Part shown: positions 1 to 12,350 of the stretch, piece after piece
Position numbering within the stretch: position 1 is the stretch's first letter
Layout: each line of letters begins with the position of its first letter
Assembly (NCBI GenBank): GCA_002269645.1
Contig: NIVC01002475.1
Span: 1-64,000, forward strand
Direction of reading: 5' to 3'
DNA: 64,000 nt
Source of the DNA: Macrostomum lignano
Taxonomy: Eukaryota
The notes under the pieces: model-generated
Told to the model about the DNA's origin: nothing
The model's input: only the letters and a program-made list of their open reading frames with translations
Database searches by the model: none
Position numbers and translations under genes: made by a program

Positions 1-399
1 AAATTCTTAGCAGATAGCCAGTATGTTTACTAAACACACTGAGTAGTAGGTATTGATTTCCGTTGATGCCGTTTAGAGCCAATAATGGAAACCATCTTTT
101 TTTAACAAAAGCATCCGGTAAGCAACAAAAAGAGGCAACCGCATACTCTTGAGACATCTAAGCTTGCTTAAATTATTTTGGAACTCTGCGCAGGACGGCC
201 GGAGAGGTCGGCGTCAACGCTTCCGACAGCATGGGATCTGGCTATTCAATACGGGATTCGGTGGCAGCAACGGACAGCCGGGCTCCAACGATCCAAGCAG
301 CACTTCCAGCTACACCAACCACGGCGGCTGCGGCGCCGGCTGGCTTGGCAGGGCCGTCAACCCGAGGCGCAGCTCCAATGATGGCGAGCGAGGCAGCGG

Positions 400-679
400 T
401 CTGGCCGAAGGCTTCGTCGCGGCAGCGCCGGTGGTGGCAGCGCCTGCGACGGCGGCTTCGGCGGAGGGCGGCGGAGGCGGCTGCAAGTGCGGCGGCAAAT
501 ACGGAGCTCCGGGAGCTGGCGGCGGCTTCAGCGGCGGCGGAGCCGGGATCGCTACGGCACAGAGGCGGCGGCGGCGGCTCCTTCTGCCTGGGCGGCTGCG
601 TCTCCGGAACCGTCTCGACTGTCGATCAGGGCTTCGCGTCTATCCAGTTGGAGTCCGTGTCCGTGTTGGAGTTATTCAT
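400..679 (-). pseudogene. Proline-rich coding-like fragment, copy 1 (diverged direct repeat of ~3950-4158)
   Basis: Minus strand reads MNNSNTDTDSNWIDAKP*STVETVPETQPPRQKEPPPPP with an in-frame TGA at 626-628 and later frameshifts. The copy at 3950-4158 reads MDAKPWSTVETVLETQPPKQKEPPPPPPP. Confidence 0.45.
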
Positions 680-728
680 TTATTTGTAGATTGTGCCTCG
701 ACTAAATTAAAACATTTTTTATTATTCA

Positions 729-3700
729 TTCGTTGAAGGGAACGTTCTCGCCAATTCTAGAAAAATATAGTGCAACGAAATTTTTGACAGTTCTAGAACC
801 TTCCATTGCTGGATTATAAAGAAGGATAGGTGGGCATCATGTCATAGTCATTGCCTTCTATTTTTTCAGAATAGCGCCTGAAAAATGGAAATTTCAAAAC
901 TCTATAGTCGTGAATGTTTGCTCTACGACTTTAAATCTGGACTTAATGCCCGGGACTGGTTCACTCGTTTCCGCAATGGAAACTTTGAACTCGAAGACCA
1001 GCCCCGATCAGGTCGACCATCGGGGTGGATGACGAGCAGCTGCGCCAGCTCGTAGAAGCCGATCCCCGCGGAACCCAGTGATGAGGACGCACTTTTTTTC
1101 AAATTTCACGCTCGCACATGGGTTCCAAACTTGCTAGCCTACTAACAGCAGGCTATGGGCGTTTTTCTACTTTTTTTGTAATTTTTCTAGAATTCATGCT
1201 AGTAGGACTTCTGTAGCTATTAATCTGCCATACTTGTAGTTATAATAACATAGGCGCGGTTTTTTGCTGCTTTTGGGTCATAAATCATTGCGTCTGAGCT
1301 GGCCTGACAGCCACCTGCGCCTCACTCAATGCGGAGGCTGGCGCCAGGTGGTCTGAGAGGATGCGGGCGGTAGCTTTTTTCTCATCATTTTGACAGGCCA
1401 TCAAAATTTATGAGGTCAGGGCCTATTGTTCGTGTTCACTCAAGCGTGTGACAGCTTTGACAGCTATGCGTTTTACCCCTAAAAGTACTTTGGGATTAGT
1501 GATTAGCGATTTCTCTTCACCATCTTCACTTTCTACTTAATAAGAGCTTTCTAATGTATATTTTTTCATTAGTTTTTGTCAATTCTACGCGAAAAGTCAT
1601 AAATCATTTTTTTGCGATTTTGATTGATTCATGGCCGCACCTTTCATATTTTTACGACCCCGAGGGAAGTGATAGGATCTCCTGGTCACGTGACTTTGGG
1701 TGGCAACAAGCGCAGCCAATCAGAAAATTCGACGCTCATTTTAACAAATCGGCTTAGCCAATCAGAATCGACGTGTTCCATTATAACAAACTGCGGTCCA
1801 GTTGGCGGCTATTTAAACCGGTGTTTTTGGGCCGCTCGCAAAACACCCTTTCTGGTGACCGCCAGGAACTTGCTCTCTCTCTGGCCTGACCGTCGTTTCT
1901 TGATCCCCGGATTGCAACTCCCCCCATCATCATCAAGGACGAATTCCCCCGGTCATCAGTAGTGAACATCAAAGTCAAGAGCATCACCTCCTAGCTATCT
2001 ACGAAGGTTGTGACATCAGCATCATCCCGGGTCTACAGCTGCAAAGCACTAAGCCGATTCGGTCACTGTGGATTACCTGGTCTCCGGCTGTTGAGTTTCT
2101 GATTGGTTGGGTGAGAGGCTACCTAGACTTGCTTGATTGGGTGATTCCCTATCTGTCCCCTGTTTCAGTAGCTGGATTAGGCGCACACTTTTGCTTATTT
2201 TGTTCAGTAGTGCTGTTACTGAGGCAGAAATCATTCAATAATACTGTTAGTAGTCTGAAGCTCCAATTTAATCTGAGTTGTGAAGTGATTTAAGAAGGTT
2301 AAATCTAACAGTCATTTGTATCGGTTTTATTTCTTTGTCCGCCGATGGCTCAGATGAGTAGCTAAGCTAGTAGGCGCCGGTCGCAGTGGACCAATGGCAA
2401 GGCAGTTCTCAGTCGATCAACCTATCAAACCAGTGAGCAAAACAGCCAGTAGTGCAGAATCGGCGCCAGAGATGTACTCTGTGCACTCTAGGTTCGCCAA
2501 GCGGCTCGGGTAATGAATCATGAGGTCTCCGATGTTCGAGTTAGCCTATCATCAGCGCTAGAAGAGGCTAGTTGGCGCGTTGAAGGCCAAAAGTACAATT
2601 CCTCCTATTTAGCAATGTAATAGTACATGTAGCTACCCCATAGCCTCGCCACTGCAAGAATCCCCTGCACAAGTCCCCTCTGTACCTGCATGGCCAATGC
2701 GATCGAGTCCCAGCAGTGTCCCTTATCATCGGCTATGACTTCGAGATTGACAGCAAAAAGACACTAGTTGGCACGTAAGTGCTAAGCCCCCTCTAGTCGG
2801 AAGCCCGATTTCGAAAGTTCCGGTTGGGTGGGCCAGAACGCACGGGCTGGTGGCAGCGGGTTAGTTAATCTGCGGATTGGCTGATCTCTACCTTCAAAAT
2901 TCTCCCTGCTTGTCTCTCGCTGTCCCTCTCTTAGCTATAGGACCTAGACTGCTCGCCACACGATCAAGCTACCATGGGGCTGACCATCTGACAGGAGTGG
3001 GGGCCAGGACTCTAATTGATTTATTTCTGAGGCCTGAGGCCCGAAGGCTTCCCCACAAGGGGGCCGAAAGGTCGAAACCCATCACTAGCATGAAATGGCA
3101 GATGTCCTCGGGGTACACCAGACCATCATCACCGATCACCTGCGCCAGCTGGGTAAGGTGTACAAGTTGGCATAATGGGTACCCCACGACCTTACCGAGT
3201 TCGACCGTCGGCGTTGCGCTGATGCTGCCATCCATAGTGACGGGTGACGAAAAGTGTTGTTTATACACCAACGTGAAACGCCGTGCTTTGTGGGTGGACG
3301 AAAATGAAGTGCCAAAACCACAGCCGAAAGCACCACTGCACCCTTGATGATTTGGCAGCAAAGATCAAAGAAAAGCGCCCGAATCATGGTCCGGTCCGTT
3401 TTCTTCACGACAATGCGCGGCCGCACACGGCAAAGGCTGCTTGATCTGGGCTGGGAGGTTTTACCCCACCCACCTTATTCACCGGACCTTGCACCATCTG
3501 ATTACCACTTGTTCCTATCCCTGTCCAGCGCCATGGCCGAGAAATCGTTTGATGAAGAGCATGAACTCAACGTCTGGCTGGACAACTTCTTCGCCTCAAA
3601 ACCAGCTAAGTTCTATAAGGACGGCATCATGAGTCTGCCCAAACGACGGCAGAAAGGCCTCGAATATGATGGCGATTACTTCACTTTGTGAAGTTGCTTC

Positions 3701-3766
3701 AGTTCTATAAAAACTCAGTACGATTTAAGTTCTTAAAATCGGCAAGAAATTTACCCTTCAAACGAA
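729..3766 (+). mobile_element. Decayed mariner (Tc1/mariner DDD) transposon split by a ~2-kb insertion
   Basis: N-terminal HTH at 884-1075 (MEISKLYSRECLLYDFKSG..WFTRFRNGNFELEDQPRSGRP..ADPR). It resumes near 3090 with LGVHQTIITDHLRQLGK, WVPHDL, IVTGDEK, HDNARPH and YSPDLAPSDYHLF, with stops and frameshifts. Degenerate ~30-bp TIRs at ~728-757 and ~3736-3766; TA at 3767-3768. Confidence 0.9.
1076..3087. mobile_element. Non-coding insertion inside the mariner ORF, short inverted ends (hAT-like?)
   Basis: Interrupts the transposase between ADPRGT and HEMADVLG. Ends are CAGTGATG and CATCACTA. No matching 8-bp TSD was found. Confidence 0.45.
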
Positions 3767-3949
3767 TAGCAAGGCACAATTTATGAACTATTTCGGCTAA
3801 TCGCCGCAAGTCGTTAAGTAAAATCCTATTCGTAAAAAACTGACTTTAGTATTACTGATCGCACCAATGGGTATTGCTCTATGAAAGTATGAAATTGCTG
3901 CTAAACTGCTGGAGGCATTGCTAAATGCTGTGCTGTGCGAAGTTGCTGC

Positions 3950-4158
3950 TTCGTCGGCTTCGTCGAAGGCTTCGGCGGAGCGGCGGAGGCGGCTGCAAAT
4001 TCGGCAGCAAAAATGGAGCTCCAGGCGTAGGGGTCGGCTACGGGCACATCGGCGGCGGCGGCGGCGGCGGCTCCTTCTGCTTGGGCGGCTGCGTCTCAAG
4101 AACCGTCTCGACTGTCGACCAGGGCTTCGCGTCCATCCGGCTGGAGTCGGTGTCTTGA
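3950..4158 (-). pseudogene. Proline-rich coding-like fragment, copy 2
   Basis: Clear nucleotide similarity to 400-679 (for example ggcggctccttctgc..gggcggctgcgtctc..gaaccgtctcgactgtcga..cagggcttcgcgtc); in-frame TAG present. Confidence 0.45.
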
Positions 4159-4329
4159 TTTCTGACTCTGCGTAGGTGCATTGAAACACTTCAGCACAAT
4201 CAGCAGAATCCGAAATCAGCCAGGCTGGTGCCGTTCCGCGAGTCCAAACTCACCCAGTTGATACAGCCGTACTTCAGCGGCAGCGGCAGGGCCACTATGA
4301 TTGTGAAACCTCACTTGTGAGACCTTGTG

Positions 4330-4600
4330 AGACCTCACTAGTCTCACTATGAGTGAGACCTGAAGGATATCTAAGAGTGAGGCCTGAAGGATATCTAAGA
4401 GTGAGACCTGAAGGATACCTGAAGGTGAAGCCTGAATGATATCCAAGGGTGAGGCCTGAAGGATATCTAAGGGTGAGGCCTAAAGGATATCTAAGGGTGA
4501 GGCCTGAAGGATATCTAAGGGTGAGGCCTGAAGGGTATCGAAGGATGATGTGATGTCTAAGATCTAAGAGTGAGGCCTGAAGGATATCTAAGGGTAAGGC
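4330..4600. repeat. 24-bp minisatellite (GTGAGGCCTGAAGGATATCTAAGG)
   Basis: About 10 degenerate units with period 24 (4447, 4471). Confidence 0.9.
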
Positions 4601-4944
4601 TACATAGAAGAACTATTGATTTCTCGTCTAGATAGCTGGATTAATGTAGAGGCTTCAATAAATAGATCTAGTGACTTCAATATCTAAATTAAACGATAAT
4701 CCAATCCTAAAACTACTGCAGGAGATGCTGAAGCTCATTGGAGACCTGCGCCAAACTGTGCAGCAGCAAGAGGAGGAGATGGAGGAGCGGGAGATGCGCA
4801 TTAGACGCGAGCTCATTGCCGAACGGGACCGGCTGATGAGCGAGGTGGAGGAGCGATTTGAGCAGCAGCTTCAGGAGCAGAAGGAGCTGCAAGAGGTACG
4901 TTGTGATATAACTGAGCAATGCTATTCCAAGATTCTTCAATTAT

Positions 4945-5378
4945 TTTGTAGTTTCAAAATCTGCCATTTTGTAGTTTCAGAATCTGCCATTTTGTAGTTT
5001 CAGAATCTGCCATTTTGTAGATTCAGAATCTGCCATTTTGTAGTTTCAGAATCTGCCATTTTGTAGTTTCAGAATCTGTCATTTTGTAGTTTCGAAATCT
5101 GCCATTTTGTAGATTCAGAATCTGCCATTTTGTAGTTTCAGAATCTGCCATTTTTTAGATTCAGAATCTGCCATTTTGTAGATTCAGAATCTGCCATTTT
5201 GTAGTTTCAGAATCTGCCATTTTGTAGTTTCAGAATCTGCCATTTTGTAGTTTCAGAATCTGCCATTTTGTAGTTTCGAAATCTGCCATTTTGTAGATTC
5301 AGAATCTGCCATTTTGTAGTTTCAGAATCTGCCATTTTTTAGATTCAGAATCTGCCATTTTGTAGATTCAGAATCTAA
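4945..5378. repeat. 23-bp intronic minisatellite (TTCAGAATCTGCCATTTTGTAGT)
   Basis: About 18 units with period 23 (4981, 5004). Confidence 0.95.
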
Positions 5379-6119
5379 TCTAGTCAAAATCTGCCAGTTC
5401 TATTCCTAGAATCTACCAATCCTGTTGCTTCTTGCAGGAGCGCCACGACACCCGCCTGCGCGAGTACCTGGACACTTCCCAGCGGATCAGCGACAACCTG
5501 AAGAAGCGCATGGTTGAGGCTCACAAACGCAAGCTGGCCGAACTGCAAGCAAAAATCGATAGATTAGAAGAGCAACTTGGCGAGGCCAGGTCGGAGGCTG
5601 AGCAGCAAGATGAGCAGTTGGAAAATTTGAATAATAAAGTTGAGAAATTGGAGATGGAGCTGGCCGCTGCTCAGAGCGTCTCCACTAAAGAGGCCATCGA
5701 AGCCGAAGTAAACATTCGAGTCAGGAGAATCGGCGATATGCACAGGCGGCTAGCGGAGTCTGCCGATATCAGCACCCTGGCCAGGTCGCACCCGCCTCCG
5801 CCCACCAATCAGCACCGGTCTGCAATGCGGGCCACTCTGCTTAAGAACGACTCGTTTCTGGTTCACGAGCTGGAGGCTGAACTGGTTGAAGAGCAGGAGA
5901 ACCGGGAGCGACAGGTAGGCGCCATGACTGCCACGCTGGCCTGCTCACAGGAGATGCTGGATGGACTCAGGATGGAGCGAGAATTGCTGGCTGAGGAGTT
6001 GAAGACTGCACGGCTGACTGTTGAGGAGCAGGTGAGAGGAACTGGCTTGAGAATAGAGTTGTACAGGGGATTTAGTACGAGATTAGATAGTGGATATATG
6101 AATGCAGAGAACGGATAGG

Positions 6120-6598
6120 GAGATAGGAGAGGAAAGAAGATATGGAAGATATAGAAGGGGATGCGAGAGCGATTTGGGGCGAAGGGAGATATGAGAAGGG
6201 AGATAGGAGAGGGGAGAAGGGAGATAGAAGAGGGGAGAAGGGAGATAGGAGAGGGGAGAGGGGAGATAAGAGAGGGGCGAAGGGAGACAGGAGAAGGGAG
6301 ATAGAAGAGGGGAGAAGGGAGATAGGAGAGGGGAGAGAGGAGATAAGAGAGGGGCGAAGGGAGATAGGAGAAGGGAGATAGAAGAGGGGAGAAGGGAGAT
6401 AGGAGAGGGGAGAGGGGAGATAAGAGAGGGGAGAAGGGAGATAGGAGTGGGGAGAAGGGAGATAGGAGAGGGGAGAAGGGAGATAGGAGAGGGGAGAAGG
6501 GAGATAGGAGAGGGGAGAAGGGAGATAAGAGAGGGGAGAAGGGAGATAGGAGAGGGGAGAAGGGAGATAAGAGAGGGGAGAAGAGAAGTGAGATAGGA
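6120..6598. repeat. 21-bp purine-rich intronic minisatellite (GAGAGGGGAGAAGGGAGATAG)
   Basis: Period 21 (6481, 6502); plus strand is almost all purine. Confidence 0.95.
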
Positions 6599-7964
6599 GG
6601 CTTAATCTATTAAGTCTAATAAATTCGGTGTAACAGCCAAAACCTGAATCAACCTCTCTCAATTTGCACCCAGGCGGAAACTATTAGAGAGTTAATGAGT
6701 CGCATCGAAGGTTTCGAAGCCCTCAGACATGCCTAACAAGGATGAGATGCTAAATGTTCGTCCTAAATCTGCTGAGGCCATAGACAATGAAGGCAATACT
6801 ACTGAGAACATTGAATCTAATCAAAGCTGCCGCCAAATGGCTAACGAAGAAGACGAGTCTTCGATAGAGGCGGCTGAGGCTTATTACACTGCTGAAATTA
6901 ATTGACAGACTTTTCTTGACGCTGCAGCTGTTTTCTCTGAAGTCGGACAGTTTTTTAGTCCAGTGTATAAAATCCCTCACAAGTTTTACGTGCGGCCGCT
7001 TATCTCCTTTGCGGTTGAATTGCTTTTATAAACTAAGAATCAGCAGTTATGACCATAGACTAAGCTTCTGCTGATCTCAAGCATTAGAACTCAAAGAAAA
7101 GCACTTGAAAATGATTTAGAATCCGACTGACACAGGACTTCGTTTCACAACAGCAGCAGCAGCAGCAGCAGCTAGTGTCTATGGCCCAAACCTCAGGGTA
7201 AATATATACATGTACATTAGCGATTGCTGGAGTGACAAATTGCTTTTATAAACTTTATAGGTTATATCGAATCTTGTGTACATTGTCACAATTGCAATAC
7301 ATGATTGCCACACGTTCGATGAGTTGATTTTTTAGTATACGTCTATGAGAATATTTATTACATGTAGTACAAGCGTATAATTTATGTACATGTGTAAAAG
7401 ATATAGAATTATATCCGATTTTTCTTTGCACAACAGCAAAAGCTTGATGTTATGGCTTTTACCCTCCTAATACGATTTTTTATTCGAGCAACTTTCTTTT
7501 TGGTTCTTAATTTATGTAGCTGCGCGAGGACTCAATATCTTTGCGGGTCTTACTCATGCAGCTATTATTATATATATAATCTAATGATTAGCATTGTACA
7601 TCCATGGAACGCGTATCTGAAGAATGGTGTGGTACACCATTTTACCTCCTATGTTCAAAAGAAACAAGCCAGAACTTCCATTCAAACACTTTAAGAAATA
7701 ACAGCCCTTGCGGAAATTCAATTCAAACAAAGTCCCTTTCTATTGAAACAGAAGAACTTCAATTCAGACTGTCTGGCCAAAACTGTCCCGAGTGACGCGC
7801 ATAGCATGCGCAAACTTGAAATTCAAAAGAAACAAAGTCACATTCTATTTCGACAGAGATTTTTGCACATAGGTACAACTTAAACAAGTACATTTTTAGT
7901 ACATTAATCTAACTGTTTTCCCTGTACTGCATAACTGTACAATCGTTGCGCAACAAGAAACGAT

Positions 7965-8235
7965 ATGAATGCTGAAGATCAGATTGAAGAAGACGATGAA
8001 TTGCTGGAAGAAGATGGAATCGATGAATTTGAAGCAGAATTCGATGAAGATATCATGGAACAGCAGCATTGGCAGTGCGCTATTGTTTAAGCAACAGTGA
8101 CAAAGACCGTATCATCAGGGCTGCTGATCGTGGGGATTACTTTGTGGAACTGGCGCGCCAACTTGGAGTCAAGGGGTCAACAGCGAACACGATTGTGAGG
8201 TCAGGGAGAGCGGAAAAGCAGCCTACGAGATTCCG
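7965..8235 (+). mobile_element. Fragment of an IS630/Tc1-like transposase N-terminal HTH
   Basis: Acidic leader MNAEDQIEEDD.., then a frameshift to RYCLSNSDKDRIIRAADRGDYFVELARQLGVKGSTANTIVRSGR, an HTH-like pattern. No catalytic domain follows. Confidence 0.5.
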
Positions 8236-8525
8236 GACACCATTCAGGTCAAGCCACTACGGAGCTATTGAATCTGAGAATATATATTTGCCCAAATTGT
8301 CAGTCCTATTTTGACAAGGTCAACTTCCCGGCCCAATTATAGTTACAGCAGGATCCATTTGTCGATAAATTCGCTGTACTATTTTTGTCAACATGCATAC
8401 AGTGAAACAGAGAATGGATGAGGGAAAATCCGAGAGCAAAATTGTTTGAGCGTGGTAGTATGCTTGCAAAATGGTGGTACGTGTGTATACATGTACAATT
8501 GGTTAAGTGCCCTTTTTAGTGCGAA

Positions 8526-11258
8526 GCGCGGAGCGCGCACCAGCGAGTTGAGCGCCGACGCGAGCGAAACCGGCGAGACCGGCAACGTGGCGGTCCATCT
8601 GGGTCTTCCGGGCGGCGCCGGAGACCGTGAGGCTCACCACTACCGAGCCCCAGCTGTACCACAGGGCACACTCCGAGTAGGGACGCTGAACTGCCGCACT
8701 CTCAAGCTGGCCGCCTGGCGGAGAGGGTTGCTGGCGAAGTTAGCGCTCGACCTCAGCTGTGATGTCATCGCACTTCAGGTGTCTATCAGAGCCGAGCCTG
8801 GACTTCACTGTGAGGACCTGGGCTCCAGTTGGACACTCTGGTACACCTCAGCGGATCAACGAGACCGTGGAGGAGTTGGAGCACTGATCGGCCAAGACTG
8901 CAGCAGAGCTATCGCTGCTCTTCCCTGTCCCCCCGGATACTTCGGGTAGACGTCCGGCTTTGCGGCTGGAACGCTCGCCTGTTCTGCGTGTACGCGCCAC
9001 CTGCCACCCGCCCAGATGGGGCTCAGGACTTCTTCGAGCAGCTCTCTGCGCGCGTGGAGGAGACTGCGCAGCGCGACACGGTGGTCGTACTCGCAAACCT
9101 AAACGCAGTTCCGCGTAGGTCCGAGCGGTCGCTGTTTGTGACGCCCCGCGAGAACGGCAACACGCAGGCGCTGGAGGACTTCCTGGAGAGGCAGGATATG
9201 GTGTCGGCCAACACCCGCTTCTGCAAGCCAGCAGGCTCGCGACTTTCGTGGGCTGCAAACGGAGGCGGCGGAACGCGCGCGGCCGGTTTGCTACTCGGAG
9301 GCTAGCACAGATCGACCACGCGCTTTTGCGCTCCCGTGAGCGCCGCCGCGTTGTCAACTGCCGCACCATTACGCCGCTGGCCCTGCGGTCCGATCATCGG
9401 CTTCTGATCTGCGACCTCGAGCTACGCGATCCGCTCTACCGTCCGCTGAAGCGGGCACCGCGGCGCTACTACCGCGCTCTCAAAGACGCCGGAACGCACT
9501 GCCGCTTTGCTAGCGCCTTCATCACTGCGCTCGGCGGCAGGCGTGGAGGTGCCGAGTACGCGGATGTGAGCACCGCAGTACGAGCCGCCGCGGAAGAAGG
9601 GGGTCCCGTTGATGCGACCGGCCCAGCGTGGGCAGCCGGTCTGGCAGGACGACCCCGCGATTCAGTAAGCGATGGCATATCTGGAGAAGCTCCATCTGAG
9701 CAGGCGACCTACTCGCGAGGCGGAGGAGGCTCTGGAGACTGTCTATCTGCAGCGGCAGCAGGCCGCAGTTGATGAAGTTGTCCAGGCCGTCTTTGCCGCT
9801 GTACCCGACGCCAGAGGGCGCGTGGCCTGGTCCGCCATCAATGCTCTGACAGGACGGAAGCGGCGCATCCAACTGAATCTGGCAGGCGACACTGCGGATG
9901 AGCGCAGGAACGAGCTGCGCGAGTTCTTCGCCGCCATCGTCAACGCACCGCCACCCCCGCTGCCCAACATCCTGACGCTGCCGCCAGAGACGCCGTTGCC
10001 GTCAGAGGACAGGTTTAACGTTGCAACAGTCACCATGGCTGAAGTCGTAATGCTCGCCCAGAAGACGCCGGGCGGCAAGGCGCTGGGTCCGGACGAGGTG
10101 CCCATCGAGGCGCTGCGCATCCGCTGTGTGGCCAGTGAGGTCGCCCGTGTGATGAACCGCGTGCTCTCCGGTGAAATGGCACCCACAGAGTGGACAATGG
10201 CGCACATCATCGCCATTCCAAAGAAGCCGGGCACTACACGGCATGACGAGCACCGAGGCATCTGCCTGCAATTCTGTGCTGCGAAGTTGTTCAACCGGAT
10301 GCTGCTATCGCGGTTGCAACCCGTGCTGGATCCCTACCTGCGACCTGAGCAGAACGGGTTTCAGCCCTGGGTGATACGAACTGCTCGTCCTACCGACAAA
10401 GACGGCTTCCTACTGCGGCGACGCGTGGGTCGACGTCAACCGGAGAAACGGCTCAGCGTGCTTGGCTACGCCGATGACCTCGCCCTGCTGTCCTCGACCG
10501 TAGAGGGCGCCCAGCGCCAGCTGGACAAGCTGGTTAGCGCTGCAGCGAGCGTCGGCCTGGTGGTCAACACGAAGAAGACCGTTGTGCTCTGCGTGCCGGG
10601 CGACATCGAGGCCGCAATTTTCTGCCGAGGCGCTGACGGGCAGGTAACGGAGCTTCCGCGCTGTCAGCAGTTCGTCTACCTCGGCGGTCTGGTGCCTGAC
10701 GTCCGCGAAGATCTGCGGCGTCGCCGCGGGCTCGCTTGGGCTGCCTTTTGTTCTGTGATGGCGGTCCTGCAGTCCGAGGCCCTACCTGATCGCCAGAGAG
10801 CGGCGCTGTTCTAGGCGGTGGTCGAGACCGTCCTTTTGTACAACGCCGAGACCTGGACGCTGACGGATTCGCTCGAACAGCAAGTCAACGCGGCGCACGC
10901 TGGCCTTTTGCACGCCGCCTTTGAAGATCAGCGATGAGCGGATCACTAACGCGGCACTCTATCGCCGCGCCGGCCTGGCCCGTCCAAGTGAACTGCTGCG
11001 ACTTCAGCGACTCCAGCTGGCAGGCCACATCATTCGCGCCGAGTCCTACTGCCCGCGCAGCCGGTGCAGGAGGTGCTGCTGCTAACGCTGCAGGCACCCT
11101 TACCGGCGGCCAGGCCCAAACTCGGCGTTTCGTCGACTGCCTGCTCGCCGACGCTGGCGCCCCAGACTCTGCCGTCGGTGGGGCCTTTGTTCGCCCCCAG
11201 ACTCTGAAGCGTGCGCTGTGACGCAGCATTTTTCCACCTGACCGCGTATTTTGTTGTT
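8526..11258 (+). mobile_element. RTE-like non-LTR retrotransposon (APE endonuclease + RT), frameshifted and internally deleted
   Basis: APE motifs GTLNCRTL, DVIALQ, VYAP, QIDH and SDH. RT motifs GKALGPDEVP, IPKKP, RGICL, EQNGF and YADDL; the segment between QNGF and YADD is missing. Tail is (GTT)n. TSD GTGCGAA at 8519-8525 and 11259-11265. Confidence 0.92.
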
Positions 11259-12350
11259 GTGCGAAATTTAAAATTTTGATGCTGTCAAAAAGCTTTGAAA
11301 GTCATTGAGAGTAAACTCGTGTATACATGTAGTGTAGGCAGTTCAATAAAGACAATATTGATATCTAAACACTAGCTCTTGGCGAGTGACCTCGCCTTTA
11401 GTCAAGACTTATCAGTCATATAGAATACCGGCTGCCGGATGGTGTCGAAAAGTTTAGGCAGATAAATTATAGAAAATGATAATGGAAACAAAATAAATGA
11501 CTTGAATAGGTTGCCCTCGTTTTATTATATTAGAAATTGGTGCAGTATAGACCATGATTTAACTTTAACGTCACAGTAAAATTGTTGTTTTACTTTGTCA
11601 AATGACAAATGAATTTTCGGAGAAATGGCATTTCTATTTTAAGAAACAGTACTACTCACCACAAGATGGTGGATCAGAGGCCTGTTCTGTCTATACAGTC
11701 GATTCCGTTTCGTTCCGACCCATGCCATAACTAACTAGGAAAAATATGCAAAAACTGAACCCAGCCTTGCCTTGGCATTTGGAGGATGCAGTGTGAATAG
11801 GAAATTCATTTTTTAAACATACAAATGTTCCTACGAGGACTTTAGAATTAGAATTTAGCATCGAGCAATTTTTTAACCACGATGCATGTATTGTCACAGG
11901 AAAATCTCTGATCAAGTGGTGAAAGTTTGAAAAAAATGTTTTTTTCTGAAATCAATTGCATATGGACAGACGTCACAGACTTAAAGATTAAACCTTAGAC
12001 CTAGGCGGCTAGGCCTAGGCCTAGGTGTTAGGCCTATTTAGAGATTTAGTATATTGTGGAGATTTAGTATAGTAAAGTTGGATTGGATTTAGATGTATTA
12101 TATCATACCTATATTATACATGTAATCTTGGTAAAAACCAATGTTATAATGTTTATAGTGGGAGTGGGGTGGCTGCAAATTAGATGACAAAATCATGACT
12201 TATGTAGTGGCTGAGGCTTACCAAGGGCCAAGGCAAAGGGGTGAGAGAAGAGGGATAAGTGAGTCATCATGTGTGCATTTTAACATTAGTTTTAACATCT
12301 GTAAAAACTGATTGGCCAAAGTTAGGCCTATTTTCATGGATTCTACATTC

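Larger units (their letters stand above)
4176..6903 (+). pseudogene. Kinesin-6 (KIF20/MKLP-like) 3' gene fragment, probably a pseudogene
   Basis: Exon 4176-~4308 reads CIETLQHNQQNPKSARLVPFRESKLTQLIQPYFSGSGRATMIV, matching the KIF20-type motor end, then runs into a stop at a minisatellite. GT-AG phase-0 coiled-coil exons at 4722-4895 and 5438-6031. The exon from 6674 stops at 6736, with a shifted frame open to ~6903. Most of the motor domain is absent upstream. Confidence 0.75.

Noticed and set aside
149-736. 195-aa Gly-rich plus-strand ORF
   Set aside because: Starts at TTG, overlaps the minus-strand Pro-rich relic, and reflects GC-rich triplet low complexity.
1076-3087. Firm hAT assignment for the insert within mariner
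   Set aside because: Only ~7 bp of inverted terminus and no matching 8-bp TSD, so it is kept as low confidence.
6072-6662. 196-aa SPLSYLP repeat ORF and the opposite-strand GEKGDRR ORF
   Set aside because: Translations of an intronic purine-rich minisatellite.
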